Shown here: one piece after another, positions 12,379 to 22,552 of the stretch
Numbering within the stretch: position 1 is the first letter of the stretch
Layout of the letters: every line of letters begins with the position of its first letter
From: a bacterium
Lineage (GTDB): Bacteria; UBA8248
Assembly: GCA_965207065.1 (NCBI GenBank)
Contig: OZ242260.1
Coordinates: forward strand, 1,120,001-1,184,000
Direction of reading: 5' to 3'
Length of the DNA: 64,000 nt
Position numbers and translations under genes: made by a program
Notes under the pieces: generated by a model
The model's database searches: none
Seen by the model: only the letters and a program-made list of their open reading frames with translations
Told to the model about the DNA's origin: nothing

Positions 12379-13550
12379 TGACGTCGAAGCCCATCATGGA
12401 AACGCTTTCCAATCGAGCGGTCGGGAAGCTCAAGGTCGAGAAGGACACGGTGTTCTGGGACCGGGACCTCACCGGCTTCGGCGTCAGGGTCTATCCCACG
12501 GGGGCCAAGGTCTACGTCGCCCAGGCGCGAGGTCCGGAAGGCCCCAGGCGCGTGGCGGTGGGCCGCCACGGGGTGATCCATGCGGAGGAGGCCAGGAAGC
12601 GCGCGGCGCTCGTCATCGCGCGCGTCAAGGCGGGCGAGGAGGCTATCCCTAAGCCACGCAACCCCGCAGGCGGTCCCACGGTGGCCGAGCTCGCGAAGCG
12701 CTATCTCGCCGAGTACGTCTCCGTGAGGTGTAAGCCGAGCACGGCGAAGACGGTCCGCTCCGTGGTTCTGAGGCACGTCGTACCCGCGCTCGGAAAACTG
12801 CCCCTCGCATCGGTCGAGCGCAAACACGTGGCGGAACTCCACCAGAAGTTGAGCGCCACGCCCGCGGCCGCGAACCAGGCCGTCCGGGCGCTGTCCGCGA
12901 TGTACCGCTTGGCCTGCGAGTGGGGGGTGGTCCCCGAGGAGACGAATCCGTGCCGCGCCATCACCGAATACCCCGGCCGCCGGCGGGAGCGCTTCCTCAC
13001 CGAGGCGGAATTGGACCGCCTGGGAAAGTCCCTGGACGAGATCGAGACGGAGGGCCGCGCGTCCGCAAGCGCGGTGGCGGCGATCCGGCTCCTGGTGCTG
13101 ACCGGGTGCCGGAAGTCGGAGATCCTCACGCTGCGCTGGGAGGAAGTGGCGCCGGAGGCGGCGGAACTACGGCTCACTGACTCCAAGACTGGCGCGCGGG
13201 TCGTTTCTCTCTCAGTGCCTGCCGTCAAACTCCTCGCGGGCCTGCCACGCCTGCCCGGGGTTCCCTGGGTGATCCCCGGCAGGAAGCCGGGTACGCACCT
13301 CAGGAAGCTCGATGATGCCTGGCAGGCCGTCCGCTCGCGTGCGGGGCTTCACGGCGTGCGCCTCCATGACCTGCGCCATTCGTTCGCATCAAGAGCCCTG
13401 GCGCTCGGCGAGGGGCTCTCCGTGATTGGAAAACTCCTGGGTCACGCGCGGATCGAGACCACCTCGCGCTACGCCCATCTCGCGCGCGATTCGGTGCGCG
13501 AATCCGCCGAGCGGGTCGCCGCGAGCATCGCCGAAGACATCCTGGGCTAG
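12378..13550 (+). CDS. Tyrosine integrase with N-terminal arm-binding domain (copy 2)
   Basis: [28 protein letters not shown]...SRY; start overlaps the copy 1 stop (TGATG). Confidence 0.95.
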   Translation: MTSKPIMETLSNRAVGKLKVEKDTVFWDRDLTGFGVRVYPTGAKVYVAQARGPEGPRRVAVGRHGVIHAEEARKRAALVIARVKAGEEAIPKPRNPAGGPTVAELAKRYLAEYVSVRCKPSTAKTVRSVVLRHVVPALGKLPLASVERKHVAELHQKLSATPAAANQAVRALSAMYRLACEWGVVPEETNPCRAITEYPGRRRERFLTEAELDRLGKSLDEIETEGRASASAVAAIRLLVLTGCRKSEILTLRWEEVAPEAAELRLTDSKTGARVVSLSVPAVKLLAGLPRLPGVPWVIPGRKPGTHLRKLDDAWQAVRSRAGLHGVRLHDLRHSFASRALALGEGLSVIGKLLGHARIETTSRYAHLARDSVRESAERVAASIAEDILG

Positions 13551-13675
13551 CGCACGGCGTCCCGCAGGTTCCTGCCCGCCCGGAAGGCGGGAGCCTTCGA
13601 AGCGGGGATGTCGACCCCCTCGCCCGTGCGGGGATTCCGTCCCCGCCGCGCGGGCCAATGATTGAAGGACGACAT
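13547..13675 (-). pseudogene. HU/IHF family DNA-binding protein, C-terminal fragment
   Basis: [34 protein letters not shown]-terminal helices absent. Confidence 0.8.
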
Positions 13676-13779
13676 TGTTATTAGGCCCAAAACCAATCCC
13701 AGACAGCGGAACCGCTTCAAGGCCGGGCGCACTATAGATCGCAATGATCATAGGCACATGAAGACAAGGAGACCAAACG

Positions 13780-14691
13780 TCAGAACGGCGGTTTGAAGCC
13801 TTCCTTCCCCTCACCGATCGACGGCAACTCGCTGCGCAGGACGTCCCGTGCCCGGCGGTAGTGCTCCCGGTAGCGATCCATCACGTTCTCTCCGTAGCAA
13901 GCGAGCTTCTCCGCCATGATAGCCAGCGCCACGTCCCGTGTTCCGGCTACGAACTTGCCGCGCTGGAAGTGGAAGGGCTGGACGATGAACTTCTGGACAC
14001 GGGTGCTCCGCAGGTCGCTAGCAAACCGTTCCGCGTTCCGGGCCAACAGCAGAGGCGTCATCGTCACACAGGTAGCAACTCCTGAGTCGACTAACTCTCG
14101 GGCGGCTCCGAGACGTCTGGAGTTGCTCGGGCAGGATGGTTCGAACGCCCGCCGCACATCTTCGTCGTCGGTGGTGACCGTCAGGTTGATCTGTACTTGT
14201 CCGCCGTTGTCGACGATCTGGCGGAAGAGATTTTTATCGCGAACGACTTCCGGACTTCGGGTTTGGATAACCAGCTTTGGGCGGTGCCGCTTGGCGAGAA
14301 CCTCCAGAAGTCTCTGTGTGAGCTTCAGCTTCCGCTCAATGGGCTGATACGGGTCCGTGACGCTGCTCATGTAGATCCGCTTGCCGTCAAGGCTCCTGCA
14401 TCGCTCAAGAAGATTGACTGCGTTTTCCTTGACCTGGACCCACTGCCCCCAGCTCTCGCGTTCCTCTTTGCTACGTGAGAAGAAGGCCGCGTAGCAATAT
14501 GTACAACCGAAGGCGCAACCGGAGTAGGGGTTCAGCGTGAAGTCATATTCGTCCATAAAGCCAGTTGCCCTAGTGAGGATGGCGCTGGCTGGCTTGTATT
14601 TTATGTCGGTGCGGGCGAGGCGGATTGGGTGCTCGGCTACGCTCGGCTGCCGTGACAGGGACAACAGGGATAGTTGCTCGGGCAAGCTCAT
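13780..14691 (-). CDS. Radical SAM protein, spore-photoproduct-lyase-like family
   Basis: LNPYSGCAFGCTYCYA (CxxxCxxC), MSSVTDPYQPIE. Confidence 0.88.
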   Translation of the reverse strand: MSLPEQLSLLSLSRQPSVAEHPIRLARTDIKYKPASAILTRATGFMDEYDFTLNPYSGCAFGCTYCYAAFFSRSKEERESWGQWVQVKENAVNLLERCRSLDGKRIYMSSVTDPYQPIERKLKLTQRLLEVLAKRHRPKLVIQTRSPEVVRDKNLFRQIVDNGGQVQINLTVTTDDEDVRRAFEPSCPSNSRRLGAARELVDSGVATCVTMTPLLLARNAERFASDLRSTRVQKFIVQPFHFQRGKFVAGTRDVALAIMAEKLACYGENVMDRYREHYRRARDVLRSELPSIGEGKEGFKPPF

Positions 14692-15638
14692 GATGCTTGT
14701 TTAACCCATACTTCGTCATTCTCAATTGGATTTTTCGGAAGATCCCAAGCAACTTTGGGTTTAAGATAGTTGAGGCACCTGTCGCTTAGTGGCTTCGCTG
14801 AATTCATCAATTCCTCACGTATCTTGTGCCTGCATTTGGTGGTCTCGTCCAGGACTCTCTTCCCAAATGGGCTCAGGCTCGACGTGTTGGATACACGGCT
14901 CAACCCACTCACCAACCCATTGTTCATCAGGTTCTTCTTATTTCCGGCGCTTGTAATGAGTTGGTATTGGAGACGATTCGCGTGCCGCTCTTGAAAGTCA
15001 TTCCTGAAACTCTCGATCTCTTGTATCGACTTTTCATACACTGCATGTACTGAAAAGAGCCAGAATTCATCGGCAGCATCGCGCGATAAGGCATCGGAAA
15101 AGGCGTCTAGCGACATGAAGATTCTGTCCTCATCGATCATTTCGAAGAAATCGACGTTCAGTCCTCGATACTCAGCCGCACAACCGAACTCAAGCCACAG
15201 TTTTTTTCCCAATTCAGTCATCGACTTACTTGGATCGATTCCATAGATCAACACCTTTCGATTCTGCAGCACTTCTTGGCTTTCCGCGACTAGTACGGCA
15301 AGAGCAATGGCAACTGCTAATGCTCCGCAACCGATGTCGATGACCTGGAGCGGTCTACCCGACTGCGGAGGAGGATATTGTTGGAGGACAGTGTACACGA
15401 GATGTACCTGTCGCGCTTGGTACCAACTTAGGTAGAGGGGGGCGTCCCACTTGTCATAACGGGGTTTGTCATATCCCCGTAGTTTGTCGAGCGATTCGAA
15501 TGCGTCCTGTAATGAATCGATGTAGTCTTTAGGATATAGCTTCTTGAGTCGAGTATATTCCGCCCAAGTCACCTTTGCGATAGCCTCATCCAGGGCATCC
15601 AATAATTCTGGAAAGGAATTATATACATCTCTAACCAT
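14688..15638 (-). CDS. Putative class I SAM-dependent methyltransferase-fold protein
   Basis: VIDIGCGALA motif I and YGIDPS motif II; ATGA overlap with the radical SAM gene. Confidence 0.6.
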   Translation of the reverse strand: MVRDVYNSFPELLDALDEAIAKVTWAEYTRLKKLYPKDYIDSLQDAFESLDKLRGYDKPRYDKWDAPLYLSWYQARQVHLVYTVLQQYPPPQSGRPLQVIDIGCGALAVAIALAVLVAESQEVLQNRKVLIYGIDPSKSMTELGKKLWLEFGCAAEYRGLNVDFFEMIDEDRIFMSLDAFSDALSRDAADEFWLFSVHAVYEKSIQEIESFRNDFQERHANRLQYQLITSAGNKKNLMNNGLVSGLSRVSNTSSLSPFGKRVLDETTKCRHKIREELMNSAKPLSDRCLNYLKPKVAWDLPKNPIENDEVWVKQAS

Positions 15639-15776
15639 TTACTATCTCACTAATATGGCGGGCCAGTGCTCCTTCTGCCCGAAAGACAATCCCACTTTAC
15701 GAAATCCCGATAGATTTATCAACGCACATTTTCTGCCGATAAAGTCCTAAACTAGATGGAAAATTGAAAAAAGGGG

Positions 15777-16030
15777 GTGCGCCAGGCGAACTGATGCCAG
15801 TGCAGCCGGTGAAAGTCTGGCTGGCGGGAGGAGGCCCGGCCAACACTTCCACCTTGAGTCATGGGCCGTAACCCGAGAGGACGGGGATCAAGCATTGAGG
15901 GGGTGTGTGCGGGCAGGGTTATAGAGCATCGGGAGAGAATATTCTCCGGGATGTAGAGGCTTTCCCCTAGCCGAAGACAACGTCAGGCCCACCAAATATG
16001 GCGAGGCGGGCCGGAATCCCGCGGTGTCGG
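15777..16030 (+). mobile_element. Group II intron 5' fragment (domain I only, class IIB-like)
   Basis: Starts GTGCG; CCGGTGAAAGTCTGG hairpin; GTGCGGGCAGGGTTATAGAGC, GAAGACAAC, TATGGCGAGG and CCCGCGGTGTCG segments resemble IIB domain I. No RT ORF or domain V/VI follows. Confidence 0.6.
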
Positions 16031-16645
16031 TAATGGGGGATACGCTGAGAGGCCGACCTCCGCGGTTGAAGGCGACCTCTCAGGCTCACTCGCAATGTTC
16101 GCTGCATTCTTGGTTCGGTTCGCTCACTTTGTGCGCTGTTTGTATCTTAAGGTTCATTCTGGAGGGTTATATGTGTGCCTGAAAACCCGGTTTAAAGCGT
16201 AGGTCAATCTATCATGATATTTAGGAAAATTCTTTCTGCTGTTGCTCCCGTTTTCAGACTGTGGGGGATTTCCAACAATAATAAAATCATGTTATCTCGT
16301 TGATTTCATTGGGACATTTCCATTATTTCCGGTCTAGATTAGAACTCGACTCCTCTAATATGTAATAAAAACGATAGCAAAGCAATTCAAACTTATATGG
16401 ACGCCTACCTGGTGACAAGGACCGATTCAGGGCAGGTGTTCATCTGGTAGGTTCGGAGGTGAGCAATCAGGACAAGTAAGTTGCGAAAATGGAGAGGTCG
16501 CCATAAATCACAGCTGAGATACGATTTTGAGTCTGTCAAGAAATTAGTCACAATCGCAGATTAAATCGTGCGTGTATAGGCAGCCCCTCAAGTCCGTTTA
16601 ACGCTCAAACTAGACAACGAATAGCGCAATATGTAGTGTTGGAAA

Positions 16646-17371
16646 ATGTGGGAAATTCTTGAGCAAGCATACACGGATACAAAGAATAGTTTGGGGTGGT
16701 CAATAGGAAATGCTATTCGAGCCTTATTAATAGTAGCAGGAACCTCCTATATTTATTTTGCATATTTTGAACAAGAAAGAGCAATTTCTGAAGTGATGGA
16801 TTGGTGCATTTCCATAGTTGCTTCTATTTTGTTTGTTATAATACCTACAATCTTATGGAATCTTTGGTTAGCACCTTATCGACTCATGGAGAAACGCCTA
16901 AAAAGTGAGATTAATGCAATCAGAAATAGTACGGAGTATGCGCCGTCCGATGACATTGAAGTACCCCAGAAAGTAAATGTATCACTTTATCAAAACCACA
17001 GGAATTTGCTCTTGTACGAAGCTGCATGTTTATGGGTAGAGATTGAGCCTCATCATCCCATAAGAGACCAAAGGGCAAGAGCAAAGTTGAGCCAACTAAA
17101 AGGTGACATAAGAAATCATCAATTAAAATGTGTGTGGGGAACTCCTTTAACGCAATTAGCGGATTTTATAAATGGTAATCAAACAAGAACGCCTAGCGAT
17201 AATCAGCAAGTCTCAATGGTCAACTTACGGCGATATGCAGAAGTGATTGATGATATTCCCTTATTTCTTTTGAACATAAAATTGCCACCTGAACCTTCAA
17301 ACAACGTTGAAGATAGTGTGCAGTCTACATCGCCAATTTCTGATGAGTCAGATTCTAAGTGTTCAGAATAG
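16646..17371 (+). CDS. Hypothetical membrane protein (2 N-terminal TM segments), low GC
   Basis: 241-aa ORF with two hydrophobic segments. Confidence 0.7.
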   Translation: MWEILEQAYTDTKNSLGWSIGNAIRALLIVAGTSYIYFAYFEQERAISEVMDWCISIVASILFVIIPTILWNLWLAPYRLMEKRLKSEINAIRNSTEYAPSDDIEVPQKVNVSLYQNHRNLLLYEAACLWVEIEPHHPIRDQRARAKLSQLKGDIRNHQLKCVWGTPLTQLADFINGNQTRTPSDNQQVSMVNLRRYAEVIDDIPLFLLNIKLPPEPSNNVEDSVQSTSPISDESDSKCSE

Positions 17372-17513
17372 ATCGCAATCTTTGCATAGCTACTTTGTGG
17401 ACGTAGTATTGTGGACGTGATTCTGTAAGTGAAGTAAATACAATATGATATGTGCCTAATGGCAATCAGACCTTGGGCACCAAAAACATTTTACAACCCA
17501 TTTAATAATTTAG

Positions 17514-17760
17514 TGGGCCGTTTGAAAGCCCAGCAGGATATCACATAGCATGAAGTATTGATTCTCAATCGCTCGTTACACGAGGCGTGACTCCGCCACT
17601 GCCGGGGAATTGCAGCGTCGGGCAAGAGGACCCATCCATGGCACGTCCATCTGCGCACCTTCACAGGGCAACAAATCACCTATATCCCATTCCACGATTC
17701 CAAGACGAAGCAAGCTCTCGGGTCGCCTTACCAGCTCCCACCCGCTATCGGTTGAGCGAC
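17514..17760 (+). promoter_or_regulatory. Conserved promoter plus structured leader, copy 1 (homologous to 57938-58182)
   Basis: TTGAAA(17522)-18 nt-TAGCAT(17546); exact blocks shared with copy 2; hairpin with covariation. Confidence 0.55.
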
Positions 17761-17841
17761 GCCTCACCCGACCGAGTTCGCTTGGCCACGAGGCCGACAC
17801 TACTTGAACCAACTCAATTGGCGTGAAGGAGGGTTAACCAC

Positions 17842-17917
17842 ATGATGGAGATAATCCTCGAAGTTACCGAAGACGTAGTGAGCGATGAGTATTCGACGAG
17901 TGCCTAGCAAGCTATAA
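17842..17917 (+). pseudogene. N-terminal fragment of HicB-like antitoxin, cut by IS256
   Basis: RBS GAAGGAGG; MMEIILEVTEDVVSDEYSTSA resembles the EIIFEVTED..DGGYSASA N-terminus. Confidence 0.45.
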
Positions 17918-19291
17918 GGTCAAGTCCTGTTGATGCTGGATAATTTCTTTGGGCGCATATCGGCCGAGGGCTTCCTGATGTCGTTTTCCTCCTCGTAGTT
18001 CTGGTCCAGTTCCCTTCTGAGGGCGTCCATCTGGCGGCGCTCGAAGCCAGTGATCCTGAGCGCCCGCCATCGCTCGGAAGCCCGGATCATGGCGTCGAAC
18101 ATCAACTTGAGAACCAGCTTCTTTCCAAAAGCGTTGGGGATGATCTTCATCCGCCAACGTTCCTCGACGAACAAACGCTCGAGCAGGTTCGTAGTGCGAA
18201 CGGCTCGACGATGGTTGACGGGTGCCCGCAGGTGCGCGATGCAGGCTTCGAAGTCGTCGCGGAAGCACGCCACGGCGCCGGGAAGTTAGGACTCGTAGTC
18301 CCTGACGACCCCCCCCCCCCCGGCCAGTTCCCGGGCGATGGCGCGCGAGGGAGCCTGATAGGCCGCCGCCCGCGCCTTGAACTCGGGCCAGATGTTCTCG
18401 GGCGCCTTGGCCGCGAGGTTCCTCATCCGGTGCGCCAGGCAGCGTTGCCGTTCCGAACGCGGGAAGCACGTCTCGATTGCCTTGATGATTCCCGGCGCCC
18501 CGTCGCTGACCACAAGCAGCGGGTCGCCTAGGCCGCGGGCGCGTATGTCGTGGAAGAACGCGCTCACCGTCTCGGCGTCCTCCTTCGAACCCGCCATCAG
18601 GTGCAGCAAGACCTTGGCGTCGTTCGCCGTGAATCCCCAGGCCGCCAATACCGGTTCGCGCCTGCTGCCCGGAGGGATACGTTCCGCAATCCCGTCGATG
18701 AACAGATAGACGACCTCGTATTCGGCCAGGTCCCGTGACGCGAACTCCTGGTAGTCCACCACAACCGCTCCCCGAGTTCCGAGACCGCCGTGCGCGAGAG
18801 CAGCAGACGACCACTCTCGTCGGTGAATACGTCTTCGATGTCGCGCACCGACAGGCCGCGCGCCCCTTGAGGCCCTCCCGGATTTTCGAGCGGAACCCTT
18901 CCTCGCGCCCGGCAATCTAAGGTACCGCGTACTCGAAGAACTCTTCCGCCGTCTTCAGATTGCCCAGGCGGCGCCCGTTGCGGTAGCCCTGACTGGGCTT
19001 CGCGCAGTGTTCATAGTATTCCCGGCCCAAGGCGTCGCGGCTCTCCGCCTCCAGTGCCTCTTCCAGGATGGGCCGCGTGACGAGCTTCATCAGGTCGGCT
19101 CGCGCTTCGGGACTCGACAGGCGACCTTCGACCAGAGAGGAAAGGGCTTGGCGTGTCTGCATCGATGCCTGTATTCTCTTCTTCATGGGGTTGCCTCCTC
19201 GGTTGGATGCCGGCGCTTACCGGCACGGTTTTGTGATGCCTCCGCCGAGGATGCACCCCTCAAATTTTTCCAGCAAAATTAGGACTTCACC
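17918..19291 (-). mobile_element. IS256-family element, transposase frameshifted/pseudogenised
   Basis: Imperfect IRs GGTCAAGTCCTGTTGATGCTGGA / GGTGAAGTCCTAATTTTGCTGGA; YLFIDG, VVSDGAPG, QRCLAH, RTTNLLERLF in broken frames; no TSD. Confidence 0.9.
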
Positions 19292-19561
19292 GCGGATTTT
19301 GAAGATGGACAGTCTTTTCTCACAACGAGACAAGGCGATACGCTCCGTCGCCCGTTTTCAGGCACTAGGTTGTTTCCAACAGGCGGGGATTTCCGCTATT
19401 CTATATTGAGAAAGATGCATAATTCTTAGTCTTGTTCGGGGCTTGTCTGTAAAGTGTAATCAAATTGGAAGAGGGCGAATTATAACTCTCGCGAGTGGGA
19501 ACGCTTTTTCGTCGAACCATTCTCTCTAAAGCTTGGTTCGCAACGGCTTGCCTGAAATTAT

Positions 19562-20129
19562 ATGCTGGCACTCAAGGAAAAAGAAATGAATGCGCGATGG
19601 CGTTTGTTAAATCAAGAAATCACGCATTACGAAAATACGCGCAGCCACAGTAATAGGCTGGAAGAAAAGGTGATGGATTTGACTAAAGAGAACATGGCCT
19701 TGAAGGAGCGCATCCGCGTTCTTGAGGACCCGACCAACAGAAAAACAGAGAACACTCATTTTGGGGATAGCGAACATGGGGAGTTGGCGCAATAACGGGC
19801 TGGAATTGCCGAACGGAACACGACTTCGCCGCACTTACAAAACAAACGGGAAAGAGATAACTATCTACGGTGTTGTGTCCGGAGGATTCCTTTGCTTCTG
19901 GGATGAGCAATGCAAGACACCCACAGGAGCAACACGAGCAGCGAGAATAGCTGTCAGCTATATCCTTGATGAAAACCTCGATCGGTTTCGATGGGAAATC
20001 AATGTTGGTTCGGTTTATGAGAACCTGTTTGCACAAACCCCAAAGAGCAAAGAATGGAAAAGCTTGTCATCCCTTCGGTGGAAAGCGTATAAAGCGAGAA
20101 ATGCGGCCGCCAAAAATATGCATGAATAG
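19562..20129 (+). CDS. Coiled coil plus RAMA/DUF4357-like DNA-binding domain (two overlapping ORFs, possibly one frameshifted gene)
   Basis: 19562-19795 coiled coil; 19776-20129 GLELPNGTRLRRTYK...EWKSLSSLR. Confidence 0.5.
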
Positions 20130-20167
20130 GTAGTTGACAAAGAAATGAGTTCTAGTGGGAGAAATCA

Positions 20168-21082
20168 ATGGATGTGTATCGAAAAGAACCTCTCCCCGCC
20201 ATATACACTAAATTAGGATTCGTGCGTAAGTTTGCTACTTTCGGCTGGCTAGCGGATTGTCCCGAGGACCTTACGTGTCTTCGAGAACTGCAAAGCGTTG
20301 TTGCGGGTGATGCCTGCATTTCAAGTCTTGAATATGACTATATGTTGTTCGTAAAAGCTGTATTTCCTAACGACATTCAAGCGCGAGATGGCTCCTCCGA
20401 TGACGTTATCAAATGGGGTGTTTTCTACTGGAAACTATGGGACGCCGAAACATTGGTGAAAGATTCCCGGCCCGCTGAAGCTGTTAGCTATGAAGACGCA
20501 GGAATCAATTATGAATTCCTCGACTCGCTCGCACATCCCACATCTTGTCTACCCATGCTTCGTGAAACGCAAAAATTGTTCGAGTCCGACAACGGCAAGA
20601 ACAAGGGTTACGAATTAAAGCCAGAAAGGGTCTCCGCCATCAAGGAAATTGAACAACAGCTATTCGCTTCTTTCAAACTCCGTAAGATGAAGCAGGGCAT
20701 GACGAAACGGAAACCAACCACAACATCTAAATCGACCAAAACCTCTGGCAACCCGCAAGTCCCACCTAAACTTCGCAACGATATCCTGCGAAAAAACCAT
20801 TATCGTTGTATGCTCTGTGGTAATTCTGCATCAGACGGCGCGAAGCTGGAAGTAGATCACATCATTTCCCGAAACTTGATCAAGAAACTACATCTTGATT
20901 CCGCTCTACACACAGCTCCGGAAAACCTGTGTATCAAGTGCTTTAGTTGCAACCGAGGCAAAAGCGACAATCTGACGACTGAAGACAACGAATACTACCG
21001 TAACGAATTCTCGAACCCGGAGCATCCGAATCACGGCCTGTTGCCATATCTCAAAAAGATTTCTGAATTACAAGCATTATAG
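20168..21082 (+). CDS. HNH endonuclease (C-terminal) with unknown N-terminal domain
   Basis: CMLCG...LEVDHII...ENLCIKCFSCNRGKSD. Confidence 0.85.
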   Translation: MDVYRKEPLPAIYTKLGFVRKFATFGWLADCPEDLTCLRELQSVVAGDACISSLEYDYMLFVKAVFPNDIQARDGSSDDVIKWGVFYWKLWDAETLVKDSRPAEAVSYEDAGINYEFLDSLAHPTSCLPMLRETQKLFESDNGKNKGYELKPERVSAIKEIEQQLFASFKLRKMKQGMTKRKPTTTSKSTKTSGNPQVPPKLRNDILRKNHYRCMLCGNSASDGAKLEVDHIISRNLIKKLHLDSALHTAPENLCIKCFSCNRGKSDNLTTEDNEYYRNEFSNPEHPNHGLLPYLKKISELQAL

Positions 21083-21290
21083 AGATAAGTACCGGAGTAG
21101 CGATTAGCACGAATTTAGTGGGATATCGCAAATTTTCCGACGACGGCAATATGATGAACATTCTCTCAAAGCGTATGCCACAATGATTGATGTTTAGTGG
21201 AACTTCAAAACAAAAAAATTCTGTCTTGTATCTATTCATCTATACCCTTGAAAAAATCCCTTACCCGTTCACTGGTTTCTACAACTGTCT

Positions 21291-21318
21291 GGTGAAGTCC
21301 TAAACTTGCTGGAAAAAT
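21291..21318 (+). repeat. Solo IS256-type terminal inverted repeat
   Basis: GGTGAAGTCCTAAACTTGCTGGAAAAAT nearly matches the IS256 end at 19264-19291. Confidence 0.75.
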
Positions 21319-21332
21319 AAAGGAACCATGCG

Positions 21333-22022
21333 ATGACACGAACCAGCGAGCAGATTCCTCAAAGCGAACACAACGAGGACAATAAACACCGTATTGATAG
21401 GGCTGATAGTTGGCTAAGGAAGAGTGAAGGAGCCAAGTACGATGAAGAGAAATTCATTTGCCTTTGGATCGCGTTCAACGCGGCCTACGGCGTTGAAGGG
21501 ACTGACGCGAATGAAGTTGAAACAGCGAAGTTCAAAGACTTTTTAAGGAAGATTCGAAAATACGACAAGCAGAACGATATAGGAGAAAGTTTCTTAGATT
21601 TAGATGAGAATTCAGAGAAAAAACCAATCCGGAACTTACTGACAAACCGACATGTATACAAACAGTTTTGGAAATGCGTACGAGACAAGCGAGAGGATAT
21701 CTGGAGCGAACATTTTGATCGAGAAAATAATTCTGCATCGCGCGCCTTGGATAGAAAATTGACGAGCAATAATGAGGTAGACAAAGTATTCAACATAGTT
21801 TTCGATCGTCTATATCAATTACGCAACCAAGTTTTCCATGGTGGCGTGACTTGCGACAAAAACGGATGGGGATGGATTCAACTTAAAGATGGGTGTCGCA
21901 TCATGGCTAAAATCGTTCCGGTGATCCTCAAGATCATGGCCGCAAATCCCGGGGCCGATTGGGGAAAAGTCGCTTACCCTCGGATCGGCAACAAACCATG
22001 GATCGGCGATAGTCCGTCATAG
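21333..22022 (+). CDS. HEPN-domain (ApeA-like) putative RNase
   Basis: RADSWL, LWIAFNAAYG, RLYQLRNQVFHGG (RxxxxH). Confidence 0.8.
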   Translation: MTRTSEQIPQSEHNEDNKHRIDRADSWLRKSEGAKYDEEKFICLWIAFNAAYGVEGTDANEVETAKFKDFLRKIRKYDKQNDIGESFLDLDENSEKKPIRNLLTNRHVYKQFWKCVRDKREDIWSEHFDRENNSASRALDRKLTSNNEVDKVFNIVFDRLYQLRNQVFHGGVTCDKNGWGWIQLKDGCRIMAKIVPVILKIMAANPGADWGKVAYPRIGNKPWIGDSPS

Positions 22023-22064
22023 AAGCAGTTAGTTGTCTCGAAGGTGGGAACTTCCCATTACCGC

Positions 22065-22355
22065 CTAAATCAAATCGTCCACGGCGACGCCCAGCGCTTC
22101 GGCGATGGCGGCCAGCGTTCTCGTTGAGCTCGTGCGCCTGCCCGTCTCGATTTGGGAGAGGTAGACCGGGTGGATGCCGGCAGCGACCAGATCACCCTGC
22201 TTCATACCGCGATGATTACGGTACACGCGAACAGGGTTTTCACCGGCCAGGAGGCGATCCACCACATCGACGGGAAAGGACTCGCCCCCTTCCGCCTTGG
22301 CGCGATCGTAAAGCCCCTCATCGCTCATGAGCGCCTCGGCTTCCCCGTTCGACAT
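22065..22355 (-). CDS. XRE-family HTH protein (HigA-like antitoxin)
   Basis: RLLAGENPVRVYR...YLSQIETGRR. Confidence 0.75.
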   Translation of the reverse strand: MSNGEAEALMSDEGLYDRAKAEGGESFPVDVVDRLLAGENPVRVYRNHRGMKQGDLVAAGIHPVYLSQIETGRRTSSTRTLAAIAEALGVAVDDLI

Positions 22356-22365
22356 GACGTTCTCC

Positions 22366-22430
22366 TATCCCTGGTACGCCTGCCCGCGCGAAACGATGTG
22401 CAGTACGTCGATGACGCAGACGCCGACCAT
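22366..22430 (-). pseudogene. RelE/ParE-type toxin C-terminal remnant
   Basis: VIDVLHIVSRGQAYQG* immediately upstream of the antitoxin RBS. Confidence 0.4.
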
Positions 22431-22552
22431 CACCCGTCCGCGCGCGCCGGGCAAGCAGGGATGCTCTCGAATACGGGACGTTCACGAACGCCCCCTAAGG
22501 TGTGATGGAAAACGCAGGAGCCGCATCGGTGGTTGGTGAGAAACCCCTCTCC

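Noticed and set aside
16240-16345. CRISPR-leader-like AT-rich tract
   Set aside because: No repeat-spacer units follow
18309-18321. C13 run as a phase-variation switch in the IS256 transposase
   Set aside because: The gene has additional frameshifts and stops, so slippage alone cannot restore it
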